A DNA stretch of 53,676 nt from Cellulosilyticum sp. (lineage in GTDB: Bacteria; Bacillota; Clostridia; Lachnospirales; Cellulosilyticaceae), in NCBI GenBank assembly GCA_029851645.1, contig JARKVN010000108.1, positions 1 through 53,676 on the forward strand, read 5' to 3'. Under the pieces are notes generated by a model that did no database searches, had not been told where the DNA came from, and saw nothing but the letters and a program-made list of their open reading frames with translations. The position numbers and the translations under genes are program-made. Each line of letters begins with the position of its first letter. The first letter of the stretch is position 1. Below are positions 29,396 through 40,869 of this stretch, piece after piece.

Positions 29396-30779
29396 AAATA
29401 ACTTGCTTTTCTGTCCATTTACCACTTAAAAATCTCAAGGTAAAGATTACGCTTCGCACACCCCAATCAGCAAACATTCCAATCCATACTGCTATAGGTC
29501 CAAAGCCCCATGCCTTACATAAATAAATACTTAATGCCACTCGGCATAACCACATACTCAGTGTAGATATAATCATTGAGAACTTAACGTCTCCTGCTGC
29601 ACGCATCCCATAAGCTGGAATAAAGGATAATACCCATAAAATAGGCTTGAAAATGGTAATAGCAATCATCATTTCAAAACACATTTTTGCACTTTCTGCT
29701 TCCATACCTGCAAGCAGGGTAACTGGTTTTGTAATCAGCATGGTTAGTATACAAGAGACGGTAAGACCTACTTGTGCATAGGTCGTTAGCTTTACAATAT
29801 AATACTTTGCTTCTTCTTTACGCCCTGCTCCCATACACTGTCCTACAACGGTCATAAGCCCTATACCAATCCCAACTGCCACAATCCCATTTACTGACTC
29901 TAAGATATTAGTCATAGCTTGAGCAGCAATAGCTACTGTTCCCAAAGTCGAAACGGTTGATTGAATCGCTAATTTTCCAAATTGGAACATACCATTCTCT
30001 ATACCTGCTGGAATGCCTATGGCAAGTATCATTCCTATTAAACGAAAATCTGGTCGTATCTTTAGATATTCATTAATGACAATAGGTTGCTTTGGCTTAT
30101 GTAAAAAATAAAAGATTACAACTGTACTAAATACTCTAGAAATTAAAGTAGAAATAGCCGCTCCTGCAACGCCTATTTTAAATCCAAAGATTAATATGAT
30201 ATTTCCTACAATATTAATCAAATTAGAAATTACGGATACTTTCATTGGAAATTTAGAATTACCACCTGCCCTATAAAAAGCTGAACCTGCATTAAATAAA
30301 GCAATAAACGGATAAGACACTACAGTAATTAAAAAATAAACCAAAGCATTAGACATAACATCTGGTTCTACTTGACCAAATATTAAACTTAACAAACTCT
30401 CCCAACTTCCAAGAAAAATCATTGTTATCGTCAATGAGATGATAATCATTGTTAGAAAAACCTGTCTTGCCGCCTTATTAGAACGCTTCTCATCTCCACA
30501 CCCTATACACTGTGAACAAATAATTGTTGCACCTGTTGCCATAGCTGAAAAGATTTGAATAATCAAATTATTAATGGAGTCTACTAGTGATACAGATGAT
30601 ATAGCTGCACTCCCCACATTACTCACCATCATTGTATCTACCATACCCATAAATGAATTCAGAAACTGCTCAATAACAAGAGGTATAAGAAGTATTCTTA
30701 AATCCTTATTACTAAACAAGCGATTCTGTTCATTAATTTGTGAAGTATCATATAATCTACCTCGTAAAGCCTCTAACAT
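29394..30779 (-). CDS. MATE-family transporter
   Basis: VDTMMVSNVGSAAISSVSLVD, GVAGAAISTLISR; about 12 TM. Confidence 0.9.
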   Translation of the reverse strand: MLEALRGRLYDTSQINEQNRLFSNKDLRILLIPLVIEQFLNSFMGMVDTMMVSNVGSAAISSVSLVDSINNLIIQIFSAMATGATIICSQCIGCGDEKRSNKAARQVFLTMIIISLTITMIFLGSWESLLSLIFGQVEPDVMSNALVYFLITVVSYPFIALFNAGSAFYRAGGNSKFPMKVSVISNLINIVGNIILIFGFKIGVAGAAISTLISRVFSTVVIFYFLHKPKQPIVINEYLKIRPDFRLIGMILAIGIPAGIENGMFQFGKLAIQSTVSTLGTVAIAAQAMTNILESVNGIVAVGIGIGLMTVVGQCMGAGRKEEAKYYIVKLTTYAQVGLTVSCILTMLITKPVTLLAGMEAESAKMCFEMMIAITIFKPILWVLSFIPAYGMRAAGDVKFSMIISTLSMWLCRVALSIYLCKAWGFGPIAVWIGMFADWGVRSVIFTLRFLSGKWTEKQVI

Positions 30780-30871
30780 GATGAAACCTTCTTCCTTCTA
30801 ATAATATAAAATGTTTAGTAATGCTTATTTATTATACTCTAGTGGCTTAAATAATAGTAGTGTTAGGACGT

Positions 30872-30918
30872 AATAAAAGACGATTCATTATCATCTATGA
30901 TTTGAATCGCCTTTTATT
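30872..30918 (-). terminator. Intrinsic terminator after the GH43 remnant
   Basis: AATAAAAGACGATTCA / TGAATCGCCTTTTATT. Confidence 0.7.
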
Positions 30919-30942
30919 TATTGGTATAGGATTTATAATCCT

Positions 30943-31716
30943 TCAGTTAGAATCTACTAGCTTATCTTCGCCTGCAATATACTCAAAAAAATCAAAGTCT
31001 GCATAGTGTTCATGTCTTACCCGGTCTGCACAGGTTATTCCTACCATTGTTCCAGTAAATTCTCCATACTTACAATATTCATCTGAAAATTTTGTCGTAT
31101 CAAAAACCCTTCCAATTTTTTCATAGTGGATATTGTCATAACTCCACTCAAACCAAGACCTTCTCCCTTGAATATAGAGCCTTAGATAAATTGGTTTTTC
31201 TTCTAAAGGAGTTCTTGTATTCAAAAATTCTGTCTTTTCCCCATTCTCTAAATGAATGATAGATAAAGCACTCTGACCTAGTGTCTCACTATAGTATTTC
31301 CTTAGATTGATATAATTCATATTATCATAGTACAGAATTAGTCCTGCACTATGTTGATGGACTTCTGGTATAAACTCCATCTTTGTAGTAATACGAGCAT
31401 ACACACTTGTTAATTTTCTTGCAAGAATACTAACTTTATTTAAAGAAGTTCTAGACTCTTGCCCTCTAATCCTTACATAACCAGGTCTTGCTTTTACATC
31501 CGCAAATCTTTGTGGCATTATACGAGGGGCATAATAAAAAGCGCCAAGTTCTTCTTTATTAAAATCATCAAAATCTGGTATCTTCGGCATTGGTACTTCT
31601 GGCAAGGCACTTTCTGGTACTTCTACCTTTGCCAGATTGCTTCCATCTGCCATACGAAGCCATCCCTCCTCCGTCCACATCATCTTTTGGATTGCTGTTT
31701 CCCGTCCTAATGTACA
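30943..31716 (-). pseudogene. 5'-truncated GH43 beta-xylosidase-type gene (end of propeller plus C-terminal beta-sandwich only)
   Basis: Recognisable from CTLGRETAIQKM.W..DG through FTGTMVG..DFDFFEY; catalytic N-terminal domain absent, upstream codons are the antisense of an AraC. Confidence 0.8.
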
Positions 31717-32072
31717 AAGTGGACTTAACCCAAAGAAATAAAGATATTTCCAGACTAGACCCCGCTCTAAAATACACAGCTCTTCATTACAACCAAACAA
31801 TTTCTATTGAAGAAATATCCAAAGTAGCTTTCCTAAACCCTGGATATTTCTGCCGATTCTTTAAAAAATATATGGGAATTACATTTTTAGAATATCAAAA
31901 TGAACTGCGACTTTCCTATATCTATCGTGACCTCATTACTACTAACGATGCCATTCATAAAATATTAGAACGTCATGGTTTCACAAACTATAAATTATTT
32001 CGTAGAATGTTCTATGAACACTTTAAGACTACTCCTTCTCAAATTCGTAAAGCCCAGAAGTCTACTTCATAG
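31711..32072 (+). pseudogene. 5'-truncated AraC regulator (HTH domain only)
   Basis: ISIEEISKVAFLNPGYFCRFFKKYMG...HGFTNYKLFRRMF..TTPSQIRK; the N-terminal part of ORF 31590 is GH43 antisense. Confidence 0.8.
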
Positions 32073-32093
32073 TAAGGTCAAAATTAATTCCAA

Positions 32094-32152
32094 AATAAAA
32101 AACAACCACCAATCCCTTGATATATCTAGGTTATTGGTGGTTGTTTTTTATT
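32094..32152. terminator. Bidirectional intrinsic terminator
   Basis: AATAAAAAACAACCACCAAT / ATTGGTGGTTGTTTTTTATT perfect inverted repeat. Confidence 0.85.
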
Positions 32153-32154
32153 AT

Positions 32155-35100
32155 CTATACCTCAAGTAAGAACGTCTTAATCTCAAATGGCTTGAGGGTT
32201 GTTTCAATTTCTTGTTCATTTCTAAGTGCTTCTTGTGGTCTTTCCATAAGGTCTGACTCCATCCATCCTTTAATAGGGAATGCAAACTTAATTTTTACAG
32301 CTTGCTTAGAAGATGCATATTCATGAATACGTACAACCATGTACTTACCATCTTCTGACCATTTTACTGCGTCTAGTTCTACTTCCTCATTATCGATTGT
32401 GATAAAACTTACTTCTTTTTCTTTTGCCATACCTGCTATTGCTTTTAGAGGTTGGTTAAGTGCCCAAGACTCTTGTACTGTCTTTCCTGCTACAAAATCA
32501 CCAGTATGTGGTAATAGGGCATATGTGAACTCATGCTCACCTTGGTCTTGCTCGATATCTGGATGTGTAGCCGATTTTAAGAGTGTAAGGCGTAAGACGT
32601 TGTCTTTGATATCGTGTCCATACTTACAATCGTTAAGTAAACTTACACCATAATTTCTTTCTGATAAGTCTACCCATTTATGTGCTACTGTCTCAAATTT
32701 TGCCCAATCCCAACTTGTGTTCCAGTGATTTGCTCTTCTTACGTTACCATATTGTACATCATAAGTTGCATAAGTTGAACGAATATCTACTGTGAACGCT
32801 ACTTTAAGAAGTTGTTTACGTTCTCTCCAATCTACCCATGTTTTAAAGTCAATACGGCGGTCATCTCTGTAAAGAATCATGTCTTGTTTGATTGTTGTAG
32901 ACATGTATTTCCACTCTAGTCTAACAACGGCTCTTAATGCACTACATTCTTTTATTGTAAGACTTGTAAGCTCTGTTACTTCACGCATCTTTTCTTGGTA
33001 GAATATATCAATATCCCACGCTTCATGTGCAAGTGGCTTATCTTCAAACATTTGAAGTACATTACCTCTTTCACCTTCTGCTAATACTTGGCGGTTATTT
33101 TCTTTATCAAATAACTCTATGATTTGACCTTCTTCATTGAGCATAATACGATAGATTGGCGTATTGATTGTACGTCCATCTACAGTGAATGCTGCTTCCT
33201 CTGTAGATGCTGTTTGCTCTTTTAATGTAATGGTTGTCCATCCCATAGCTGGTACGTCTTTTACATATACCTGCCATGTATCTTCTGATTTTGTAGCTTC
33301 TAATGTTTGGCCCTTAGCATCTACCCATACGCCATCTTTTGCTACTTCTAGAGCGACAAGTTCACTTCTTACCCAATTGGTATTGTTCATGATTGTATAA
33401 GTATTCTTACCTTCACTGATAAAGCTTTGTAATGCTTTTTCTTCTACTGCATCAGCTATACCCTCTGCTTTATCATAGTCTACATGACAGTCCTTATAAA
33501 CTTCATTGATAGAAGAACCTGGGATAATATCGTGGAACTGATTGGTAAGAATAATCTTCCATCCTTCTGTTAAACTTTCTTGGTTTGCATGAGCATTGCC
33601 ACCATGACATACCCCATTCATTGCATTCATCCACTCAGTTTCTCTGTATTTAAACTCTAAAGCTCTATTGGTCTTTTTATTGTATGCTTGGCTTGTATAA
33701 GTCCCTCTATGGTATTCAAGATATAATTCACCATCCCATACGTGAATGTAGTTATCTGTATTGGCCACTTTTTCTTTTAGATTTCTAAAGTAGTCTCTTG
33801 CTTTACCTGTCTTAAGGTTTGGAAGTCCTGGTATTTTGTCAATACGTCTTCTTTGTTCTAGCATATCACGGTTTACTCCACCGCCACCATCTCCATAGCC
33901 ATAAGAGATAAGCAGGTCATTAGTAAGTTTTTTCTCACTATAAGCTTCGTACACACCTTTTACTGTCTTTGGAATAAGCTGTCCGTTGTATGTATAGAAC
34001 CATGACCCTGGGCTGCTCCATGGCTCTGGTGTTGTGATAAAGTGTGTAATAATTTCTGTACCATCAATCCCTTTCCATTTAAATGTATCATGTGGCATTC
34101 TGTTGTATTGATTCCAGCTAATCTTTGTTGTCATGAACATATCAATACCAGACTTCTTAAGAATTTGTGGCAGTGCCCATGAGTAACCAAATACGTCTGG
34201 AAGCCATAAGTATTCTACATCTTTGTTAAACTCTTTTTTAATGAACTGGCTTCCTACTAAAATTTGTCTTGTAAGTGACTCACCTGATGTTAGGTTACAA
34301 TCTGCTTCTACCCACATCCCCCCATCAACTTCCCATTGACCATCTTTAACTTTTTGTTTAATCTTATCATAGATTTCTGGATAGTCATTTTTGATATATT
34401 CATAAAGCTGTGGTTGTGTTTGTAAGAATATATACTCTGGGAATTGCTCCATCAGACGCACTACTGTAGAGAAGGAACGTGCACACTTTTCTCTTGTATG
34501 CTTAAGCCTCCATAGCCAAGCAACATCAATATGTGTATGCCCTACACAAGTTACATTCACGATTTCATGTTTATTGCATTTTTCAATTTCTTCATTTAAG
34601 ATATCATCTGCTTGATGGATACTTGCATAGAAGTCTTCTGAGCCAGGATATGACCAGTCAATAGCTAGGAATGCTTTATCAAGTGCTGTACGAAGTTGTG
34701 TCTTTATAGGATTGAAATCATCTAATAACATGATTGTCTCATAGACCATCTTACCTAGGTAGTATAAGTCATCTGCTTTTTCATCTAACCATGCAATAGC
34801 TGCTTGATTGATACGGTGTTCCTGAGGTGTTGGCACGCCTCCTCCTTCAAGACCTGACCAAAGTCTAAAGACTAAATCTATTGGTCCATGTATATCTTCT
34901 TCTGCAAAGAATACTTCTTTGTGATTTGAGTCTACACCTTGGAATGCTTCACCATTTACATAAAGTAATGATTCAAATCCTGAGTTGTTACCTGCCCCTG
35001 TATTACCATAATCAAATAATCCTAGGACTTTTTTATCTCTCCACGCTTCTGGAATCGTTACTTCTTTGTGTAACCAAAGGTAAAGATCACGGCCTTTCCA

Positions 35101-35277
35101 AGTCTCACCCACTTTGATTGTCTCTTCACCGAACTGGCTTGGAATAAGAGGACTTACTTCTCCTGATGTATCTTCCATACACTCTAAGTATTCAAAAGAG
35201 GTTACATCACGGTATCTAAATTTTCCTATTTCGTGTAATCTAGCTTCTAATTTCCTATCTGTTAAAAACATTTTCAC
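32155..35277 (-). CDS. GH38 alpha-mannosidase
   Basis: GHTHIDVAWLW, WLPDVFGYS, GYGDGGGG, GELYLEYHRGTYTS, QFHDIIPGSS. Confidence 0.95.
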   Translation of the reverse strand: MKMFLTDRKLEARLHEIGKFRYRDVTSFEYLECMEDTSGEVSPLIPSQFGEETIKVGETWKGRDLYLWLHKEVTIPEAWRDKKVLGLFDYGNTGAGNNSGFESLLYVNGEAFQGVDSNHKEVFFAEEDIHGPIDLVFRLWSGLEGGGVPTPQEHRINQAAIAWLDEKADDLYYLGKMVYETIMLLDDFNPIKTQLRTALDKAFLAIDWSYPGSEDFYASIHQADDILNEEIEKCNKHEIVNVTCVGHTHIDVAWLWRLKHTREKCARSFSTVVRLMEQFPEYIFLQTQPQLYEYIKNDYPEIYDKIKQKVKDGQWEVDGGMWVEADCNLTSGESLTRQILVGSQFIKKEFNKDVEYLWLPDVFGYSWALPQILKKSGIDMFMTTKISWNQYNRMPHDTFKWKGIDGTEIITHFITTPEPWSSPGSWFYTYNGQLIPKTVKGVYEAYSEKKLTNDLLISYGYGDGGGGVNRDMLEQRRRIDKIPGLPNLKTGKARDYFRNLKEKVANTDNYIHVWDGELYLEYHRGTYTSQAYNKKTNRALEFKYRETEWMNAMNGVCHGGNAHANQESLTEGWKIILTNQFHDIIPGSSINEVYKDCHVDYDKAEGIADAVEEKALQSFISEGKNTYTIMNNTNWVRSELVALEVAKDGVWVDAKGQTLEATKSEDTWQVYVKDVPAMGWTTITLKEQTASTEEAAFTVDGRTINTPIYRIMLNEEGQIIELFDKENNRQVLAEGERGNVLQMFEDKPLAHEAWDIDIFYQEKMREVTELTSLTIKECSALRAVVRLEWKYMSTTIKQDMILYRDDRRIDFKTWVDWRERKQLLKVAFTVDIRSTYATYDVQYGNVRRANHWNTSWDWAKFETVAHKWVDLSERNYGVSLLNDCKYGHDIKDNVLRLTLLKSATHPDIEQDQGEHEFTYALLPHTGDFVAGKTVQESWALNQPLKAIAGMAKEKEVSFITIDNEEVELDAVKWSEDGKYMVVRIHEYASSKQAVKIKFAFPIKGWMESDLMERPQEALRNEQEIETTLKPFEIKTFLLEV

Positions 35278-35425
35278 TTCTCCACCCTTCTTATCTTTTT
35301 ATTGCGTATCCATCATATTTTAATTAATACGTTTTTTTTAATAGTACCCTATTCTTATACAATCCTCAAATTGTATTTTTCTATATTCGGTGTAAAAATT
35401 CAACATTCATCATCCCAATTTCCTA

Positions 35426-35463
35426 AACAAAAAGCTCCCTTTTAATAAAGGAAGCTTTTTGTT
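35426..35463 (-). terminator. Intrinsic terminator after the GH85 gene
   Basis: AACAAAAAGCTCCCT / AGGAAGCTTTTTGTT. Confidence 0.75.
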
Positions 35464-35475
35464 AGAGCTAGCAGA

Positions 35476-38266
35476 TTATTCTAATCCATATACTTCTATT
35501 TCATAAATTCTTGCTGCCGAATCTGAACCTTGTGTTGGTTTAAGAGTCGTAAATCTTACATAGCGTGCTGGTGTCAGTTTAAAAGCATCTGAGGTAGTCC
35601 CTTGGCTATTTTTCTTCACATCAAGTACAGTCTCAAAGTTCGTACCATCTGTACTTACTTCTAACATATACTCTTCTGTGTTCATGTCAGCATTTTCACC
35701 ACCTGCTTCTGCATGATAAACTTTCAGCATAGCAATGTCTTTGACCTCACCTAGGTCAATTGTAATATTATGTTTATCGGGTCCTACTGCACACCATTTC
35801 TTAGTAGAATCACCGTCTACAGCAAATTGTGCAGCCTCATTGTTGTTTACAAAGCTTGATGCTTCTGTTGGCTTATTAAGGGCAAGATTTACTAAGCCTT
35901 CTTTTGCTTTTTCTGTAACAGTGATGAATTCTTCAACAATGACTTCGTCTTGTCCCTGCTCATTTTTAGCTATAAGTTTGACTGGGTATTTCCCTTCTTG
36001 TGCATAACTTACTGTTGGGTTTTCATCTGTACTTGCTTCTATATTGGCACCCTCAAAAGTCCACTCAAATGTCTCAGAAAGCTTATTGCTCATGTTTATA
36101 AATGTAATTTCTTCATTTGGAGCAACTACTGTCTTAGATGCTGTGAATTTTGCTTTTGGAACTGTGTTATCTGGCCAGGTCATTTTTGTTTCATCTGTTT
36201 GTCCAGTTACATTATCTCTATTAATAGCTCTTACCGCAAACTCTGACTCTTTCATCTTGTCACCACGTTGTAAGCTATTAATGAAGAAACGGTTGTTAAG
36301 TGTTGCACCTAATAACGAATAGGTTCCATCATTATTTTTTCTATAGATTTCATAGGCTTTTAAGTTATCACTTGCTGATGCATCCCATGACAAATGAACA
36401 CCTGCTATTGTATCTTCTTCAGCAAACTCTACACGATCTACTTTAAGATTAGATACATTGATTACCTCTGCGTTATCCTGACTATTTTTAATGGTTAATT
36501 CACCAACATTAAATGCTACTTTTTGATCTTCTTTTGAGGAAACTACAAGAGAGATGGCCTTGATTTCTTTGTTTTCATGACCTTTTAATGAATAGGTGAT
36601 TTGCTGCCACTCTTCTACTAGTGCTTTGTCTCCTTTGATAACTATTGATTCGCCATCAAAAAATTCTAGCTGAAGGTCTAATTGAAGCTCTGATTGTGCT
36701 TTTGCAGCAACACTTATTTCCATATTTTCTTCTACTTTTAAGTCTGCACTAAAAAGTTTGATGAGTGACTCCTGACCTGCTTTAAAATCACCTAAGAATT
36801 TTAGAGAGTTACCACCATAGTACGCATTGGCATAATCAATACTTGGCTTAATGGTATTGCCTTCACCTTCAATAATCCATCTGTATGTTGGCATAACATC
36901 ACCAAGGCTTCTGTTGTTCCAGTCTAAGTTTGAAACCTTCTCTCCTTTGATGAAGAAGTTGTAGCCATTACCCATATTAAAGTTTGTTGTAAATGGTGCA
37001 CTATTAACAACTGACTTCTCTATAGCAAACTTAGAAAGGCCTCTCCATTCTGTTCCCTCCGCCTGTGAATCTTTGGATGGGTCTTGGAATTCATTGACAT
37101 AGATTCTTGACTCTTTCTCATGGAATTGATTAATATCTTCTGCTGAGAAAAAGGACCAGCTTGGGCAATAAAGTCCAATAGATACCAAAGGATCATCTCC
37201 GTTTTCAAGTAAGTTCCACTTAATAGGCGTTCCAGTTCCATTTGCCTGCATATCAATACCTGCAAATAGCTTTTTAGGATTGTAGCCTACTGATTGTGCG
37301 TACTCATTAGACTTCTTAAGAAGTTCTTCTGGTGCTAATTTGTCCGTTGTCCACCAGAAGTTTAAGAACATACTATCAGCAAGTTCATTGCCCTCTGCAT
37401 CAATTACAAATGCTTTATTCTTATCATTCATTTGGTTTTGCCAATCCATCTCACCATCCACTGTCATGGCATCATACCACATGATTTCATACTTGCCATT
37501 TGTAGCTTCTTTAAATTGCTTTAAGAGTTCTTGGAAAAGTGTAGCATACTCTACTTTCTCTTGGCTTGCTTCATCCAGTTGTGTTTCTTGGTTAATAAAC
37601 CAGCCATCGAAGCCAAGCTTATCACATACTGCTACAAGCTTATCAATTATAATAAATTTACCACTTTCATCTCTTTGTAAGAAATCATCTATCCACTCTG
37701 TCTTCCCACCATACTCAACAGGTGGGAAGAAAATTGTACCGAGTACTGGCACCCCATTTTTATGGGCTGAATCTGTCACATCTGGTGTTGGTGGTACGAT
37801 GAGCCCTTCACCCGCAGAGCCCCCCCCAATATACTAGCTTGTCAATATATTGCCAATATGAAAATGTATTTGCCTCAAACTGGTTCGTACCATGTGGTAT
37901 ATTACCACTGGTGCTACTATTCATAATTGAAAGTGCTACGATTTCTGTATCTAATTTTTGAGTACTATTGACAGGAGATAATCTGTCTTTAAGGATTCTT
38001 GCTTTGAGTGGTATACTGCTTTTATTATAAAGTGCGACTTCATCTAAGTTAGCTTCCAATAATTCATTAGGCTTCCATGCAGGTGTTATGGGTGCATTGG
38101 GCATCTTGAAGTGAACACCTTCTTCTGTTACCTGATAATTAAATGTTACCTGTGTACCATTGTTTACAGCCTGGTCATCATTACCTGCGCACCCTACAAG
38201 GCTCCCTACTGTACACATGGCTGCTAATAAAGCGATTTTTTTGTTTCTTAATGCTTTGGATTTCAT
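35476..38266 (-). pseudogene. GH85 endo-beta-N-acetylglucosaminidase lipoprotein (GH85-FN3-like-PKD-CBM32), frameshifted at a G8 tract
   Basis: Lipobox LVGC; FSYWQYID..VYWGG continues as SAGEGLIVPP in another frame; catalytic GWFINQET; removing one G at 37820-37827 joins ORFs 37808-38266 and 35476-37779. Confidence 0.85.
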
Positions 38267-38292
38267 ATAAGCCTCCTTAGTGCTTCTTGAGC

Positions 38293-39768
38293 TTACTTAC
38301 TAGTCTTTTCCCATGCATCAATTTGTTTTTGTATTTCTGCAATAATCTTATCAATACCAGTTGCTTTTAACTTTTCATTAAGCTTTGGTAAGTATTCATC
38401 TGGATTTACTGAACCTGTGTAAAGTGATGGTCCAAACTCGTCAAGAACGTTTCGTAAACCAGCTACTTCTGTTAATACTGGTGTTGCATCAAAGTCAAAG
38501 CCAAATACAGGTGCTTCAACAGCTTCTTCATTGAATGTTTTAAAAGCTTCCCACTTTTCTACTGGCTCTGTATCTAATACATAGGTGTTGAATAGGTCAC
38601 CCATTACCCAATATGGTACTGAGTAATCCTTTGCTTTATCTGTAAGTTTAATTTGTGTGTCACCCACTTTGTCGTAGTGAACACCTTCAATTCCATAATT
38701 TAATAAATTTCTAAGATATGTATCTGTATTAATGAGATTTAATAATTCCATAGCTTTTTCTGGATGCTTACTTGTTGCAGAGATAGCAGTCATTGATCCT
38801 CTAGCAGAAGCATTTGTAACAACTGTATCCATCATTGGTGTTGCTACTACTTGGTACTTTAAGTCTTTTGACCAGATTCCTTCAGCATATGGCTGACCAT
38901 CACCTTTTGTAACAAAACGTTTTATCGCTTTATCATCAGTTGCTGTTGCAGCATCTTTATTGATATAACCTTTTTCATAATACTTTCTCATGGTTTGAAG
39001 TGTTGATATCATTTTATCTGTTTCAAATAAATTCTTAACAGTTAATGTATCATCATCATATTCAATACCAATTGGATCAACAATTTTATCAAAATAAGCT
39101 GGTGCTGAGAAGTCTTTTGTTAAGTAAAGAGGTACAACATCTGGCTCATTTTGTTTAATCACTTCTAACCATGGCTCAAGATCTTCTAGCGTGTGAATAT
39201 CTTGATAGGGAATGTCGTATTTATCAACGTATTCTTTTGTGAATACCCACATTGGCATACTTCCAATTTCTTTTTGATTTGGTACTGCATAAGTTGTTCC
39301 ACCTACTTTAGCTGCTTCCCAAAACTTTTCATCAATATTTTGAAGCAATTCTTGTCCCTGTGTTTGCAACAAGTCATCTAGTGGTAAGAATGCTCCCTTT
39401 TGAGCATTTGATAAGTAATCATTTGCCCATGCAGATGTAAATGCTAAGTCATACTCCTCACCTGAGTTAATGATTACAGACATTTTTTGATTGTAATCGC
39501 CCCAATCAACTTGTTTGATTTCAACTGTTGCATTGATTTTTTCTAGGAGATAGTTATTGACTTCTTCAAGTACCATCCCCATATCTTTTTGAGTCCCACC
39601 AATTTGGTACCAAATCAGATTAACTGGTTTTTCTTTCTTTGTAGAATCACCTGTCGAAGTTGATGTGCTACCTGCTGATACATCATTCGAACCACAACCT
39701 GTTAATACACCTGTTACACATAAACTTGCTGCAACTGCTGTAGAAAACAACTTTTTAAGTTTTAACAT
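38293..39768 (-). CDS. Oligosaccharide ABC transporter solute-binding lipoprotein
   Basis: Lipobox LTGC; YGIEGVHY and GFDFD motifs with DUF3502-type C-terminus. Confidence 0.9.
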   Translation of the reverse strand: MLKLKKLFSTAVAASLCVTGVLTGCGSNDVSAGSTSTSTGDSTKKEKPVNLIWYQIGGTQKDMGMVLEEVNNYLLEKINATVEIKQVDWGDYNQKMSVIINSGEEYDLAFTSAWANDYLSNAQKGAFLPLDDLLQTQGQELLQNIDEKFWEAAKVGGTTYAVPNQKEIGSMPMWVFTKEYVDKYDIPYQDIHTLEDLEPWLEVIKQNEPDVVPLYLTKDFSAPAYFDKIVDPIGIEYDDDTLTVKNLFETDKMISTLQTMRKYYEKGYINKDAATATDDKAIKRFVTKGDGQPYAEGIWSKDLKYQVVATPMMDTVVTNASARGSMTAISATSKHPEKAMELLNLINTDTYLRNLLNYGIEGVHYDKVGDTQIKLTDKAKDYSVPYWVMGDLFNTYVLDTEPVEKWEAFKTFNEEAVEAPVFGFDFDATPVLTEVAGLRNVLDEFGPSLYTGSVNPDEYLPKLNEKLKATGIDKIIAEIQKQIDAWEKTSK

Positions 39769-39908
39769 AGTAAAGCCTCCTTATACATCCTTTGAATACA
39801 ATATTATTCTTTTATAGTTAATATTTTATACATTAATACACACTATTTACAGTGCAATTATTATATATTAACTTGATTTTTTTCACTATTAACAGTTAAC
39901 TTGTACAA

Positions 39909-40856
39909 TTATTCTTTTACAGCACCAATTGTTAGTCCGTTAACAAAGTACTTTTGGAAGAAAGGATATGCGAACATGATTGGTAAAGTTGATAAAACAA
40001 CAATTGCCATTCGCATGGTTTCCTTTGGCATTTTTGCTGCTTCTTCCACACCACTTAAGCCCATCTTAGATGCATTATTGGCTAAGAAATCTACAGATGA
40101 CTCGATTCTAATAAGTAGATACTGAAGTGGAATCAGATTATTATTATCTACATAGAGCATGGCATTAAACCAATCATTCCAGAAACCTAGTGTCAAGAAT
40201 AAACCGATTGTTGCAAGCCCTGGCAAAGAAATTGGTAAGACAATCTGCAAGAAAAGTCGCCATTCAGATGCACCATCTATCTTTGCAGATTCTACGATAG
40301 AATCTGGAATAGATGTGTTGAAGAAAGTTCGTAAAACAATAATATTGAATGAATTTAAACAAATTGGCAAAATAAGTGCCCATATCGTATTTTTAAATCC
40401 TAAAAACCTTACCATAACTAAGTAAGAAGCTACCATCCCTCCACTAAAAAGCATAGGAAGAAAGGCTAATTTTGTAAAAAATCCCCTATAAGCAAAGGTC
40501 TTTCTAGATAGAGCATATGCATAAGTAGATGTAAGGATTAGTCCAATAACTGTTCCTAAGATAGTAACAACAATAGACACCCCAAAACTTCTAACAATTT
40601 CTTCTGCTGATGTAAAGATATATTCATACGCATAAAAGCTCCACTTCTCTGGTATAAAGCGATACCCATTCTTAGCAAGTACGTTTTCATCTGTTAGTGA
40701 AATAATCGTTACAAAGATAAACGGTATAATAGCTGCAAGAGATAATCCAAGCAAAATGATATTAAATATCAAATTATTTGTCTTGCTAATACTATTAATC
40801 CCAGTTCCTTCGCTCATTTGATTTTCTTTTGTTAGTTCTTTTAATTTTTTTAGCAT
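39909..40856 (-). CDS. Carbohydrate ABC permease (LplC/YtcP-like)
   Basis: VESAKIDGA, YPFFQKYFVNGLTIGAVKE; start moved to ATG 40856 (AAGGAGG). Confidence 0.9.
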   Translation of the reverse strand: MLKKLKELTKENQMSEGTGINSISKTNNLIFNIILLGLSLAAIIPFIFVTIISLTDENVLAKNGYRFIPEKWSFYAYEYIFTSAEEIVRSFGVSIVVTILGTVIGLILTSTYAYALSRKTFAYRGFFTKLAFLPMLFSGGMVASYLVMVRFLGFKNTIWALILPICLNSFNIIVLRTFFNTSIPDSIVESAKIDGASEWRLFLQIVLPISLPGLATIGLFLTLGFWNDWFNAMLYVDNNNLIPLQYLLIRIESSVDFLANNASKMGLSGVEEAAKMPKETMRMAIVVLSTLPIMFAYPFFQKYFVNGLTIGAVKE

Positions 40857-40869
40857 TTCCAACCCCTCC

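Noticed and set aside
30855-30872. ACGTCCTAACAC after the GH43 terminator as a third intron stub
   Set aside because: No GTGYG start and none of the downstream TCTA/GTGAAAG elements
31590-31800. Apparent 200-bp overlap of two intact opposite-strand genes
   Set aside because: Both N-terminal extensions are antisense read-through across a deletion junction
35476-37779. GH85 ORF as a complete gene starting at GTG 37779
   Set aside because: It starts inside the catalytic domain without a signal peptide; the upstream ORF supplies the true N-terminus
39816-39873. Long imperfect hairpin (AGTTAATAT...ATATTAACT) before the SBP gene as an ncRNA or riboswitch
   Set aside because: Almost all A/T pairs and no known aptamer motif; at most an mRNA processing structure
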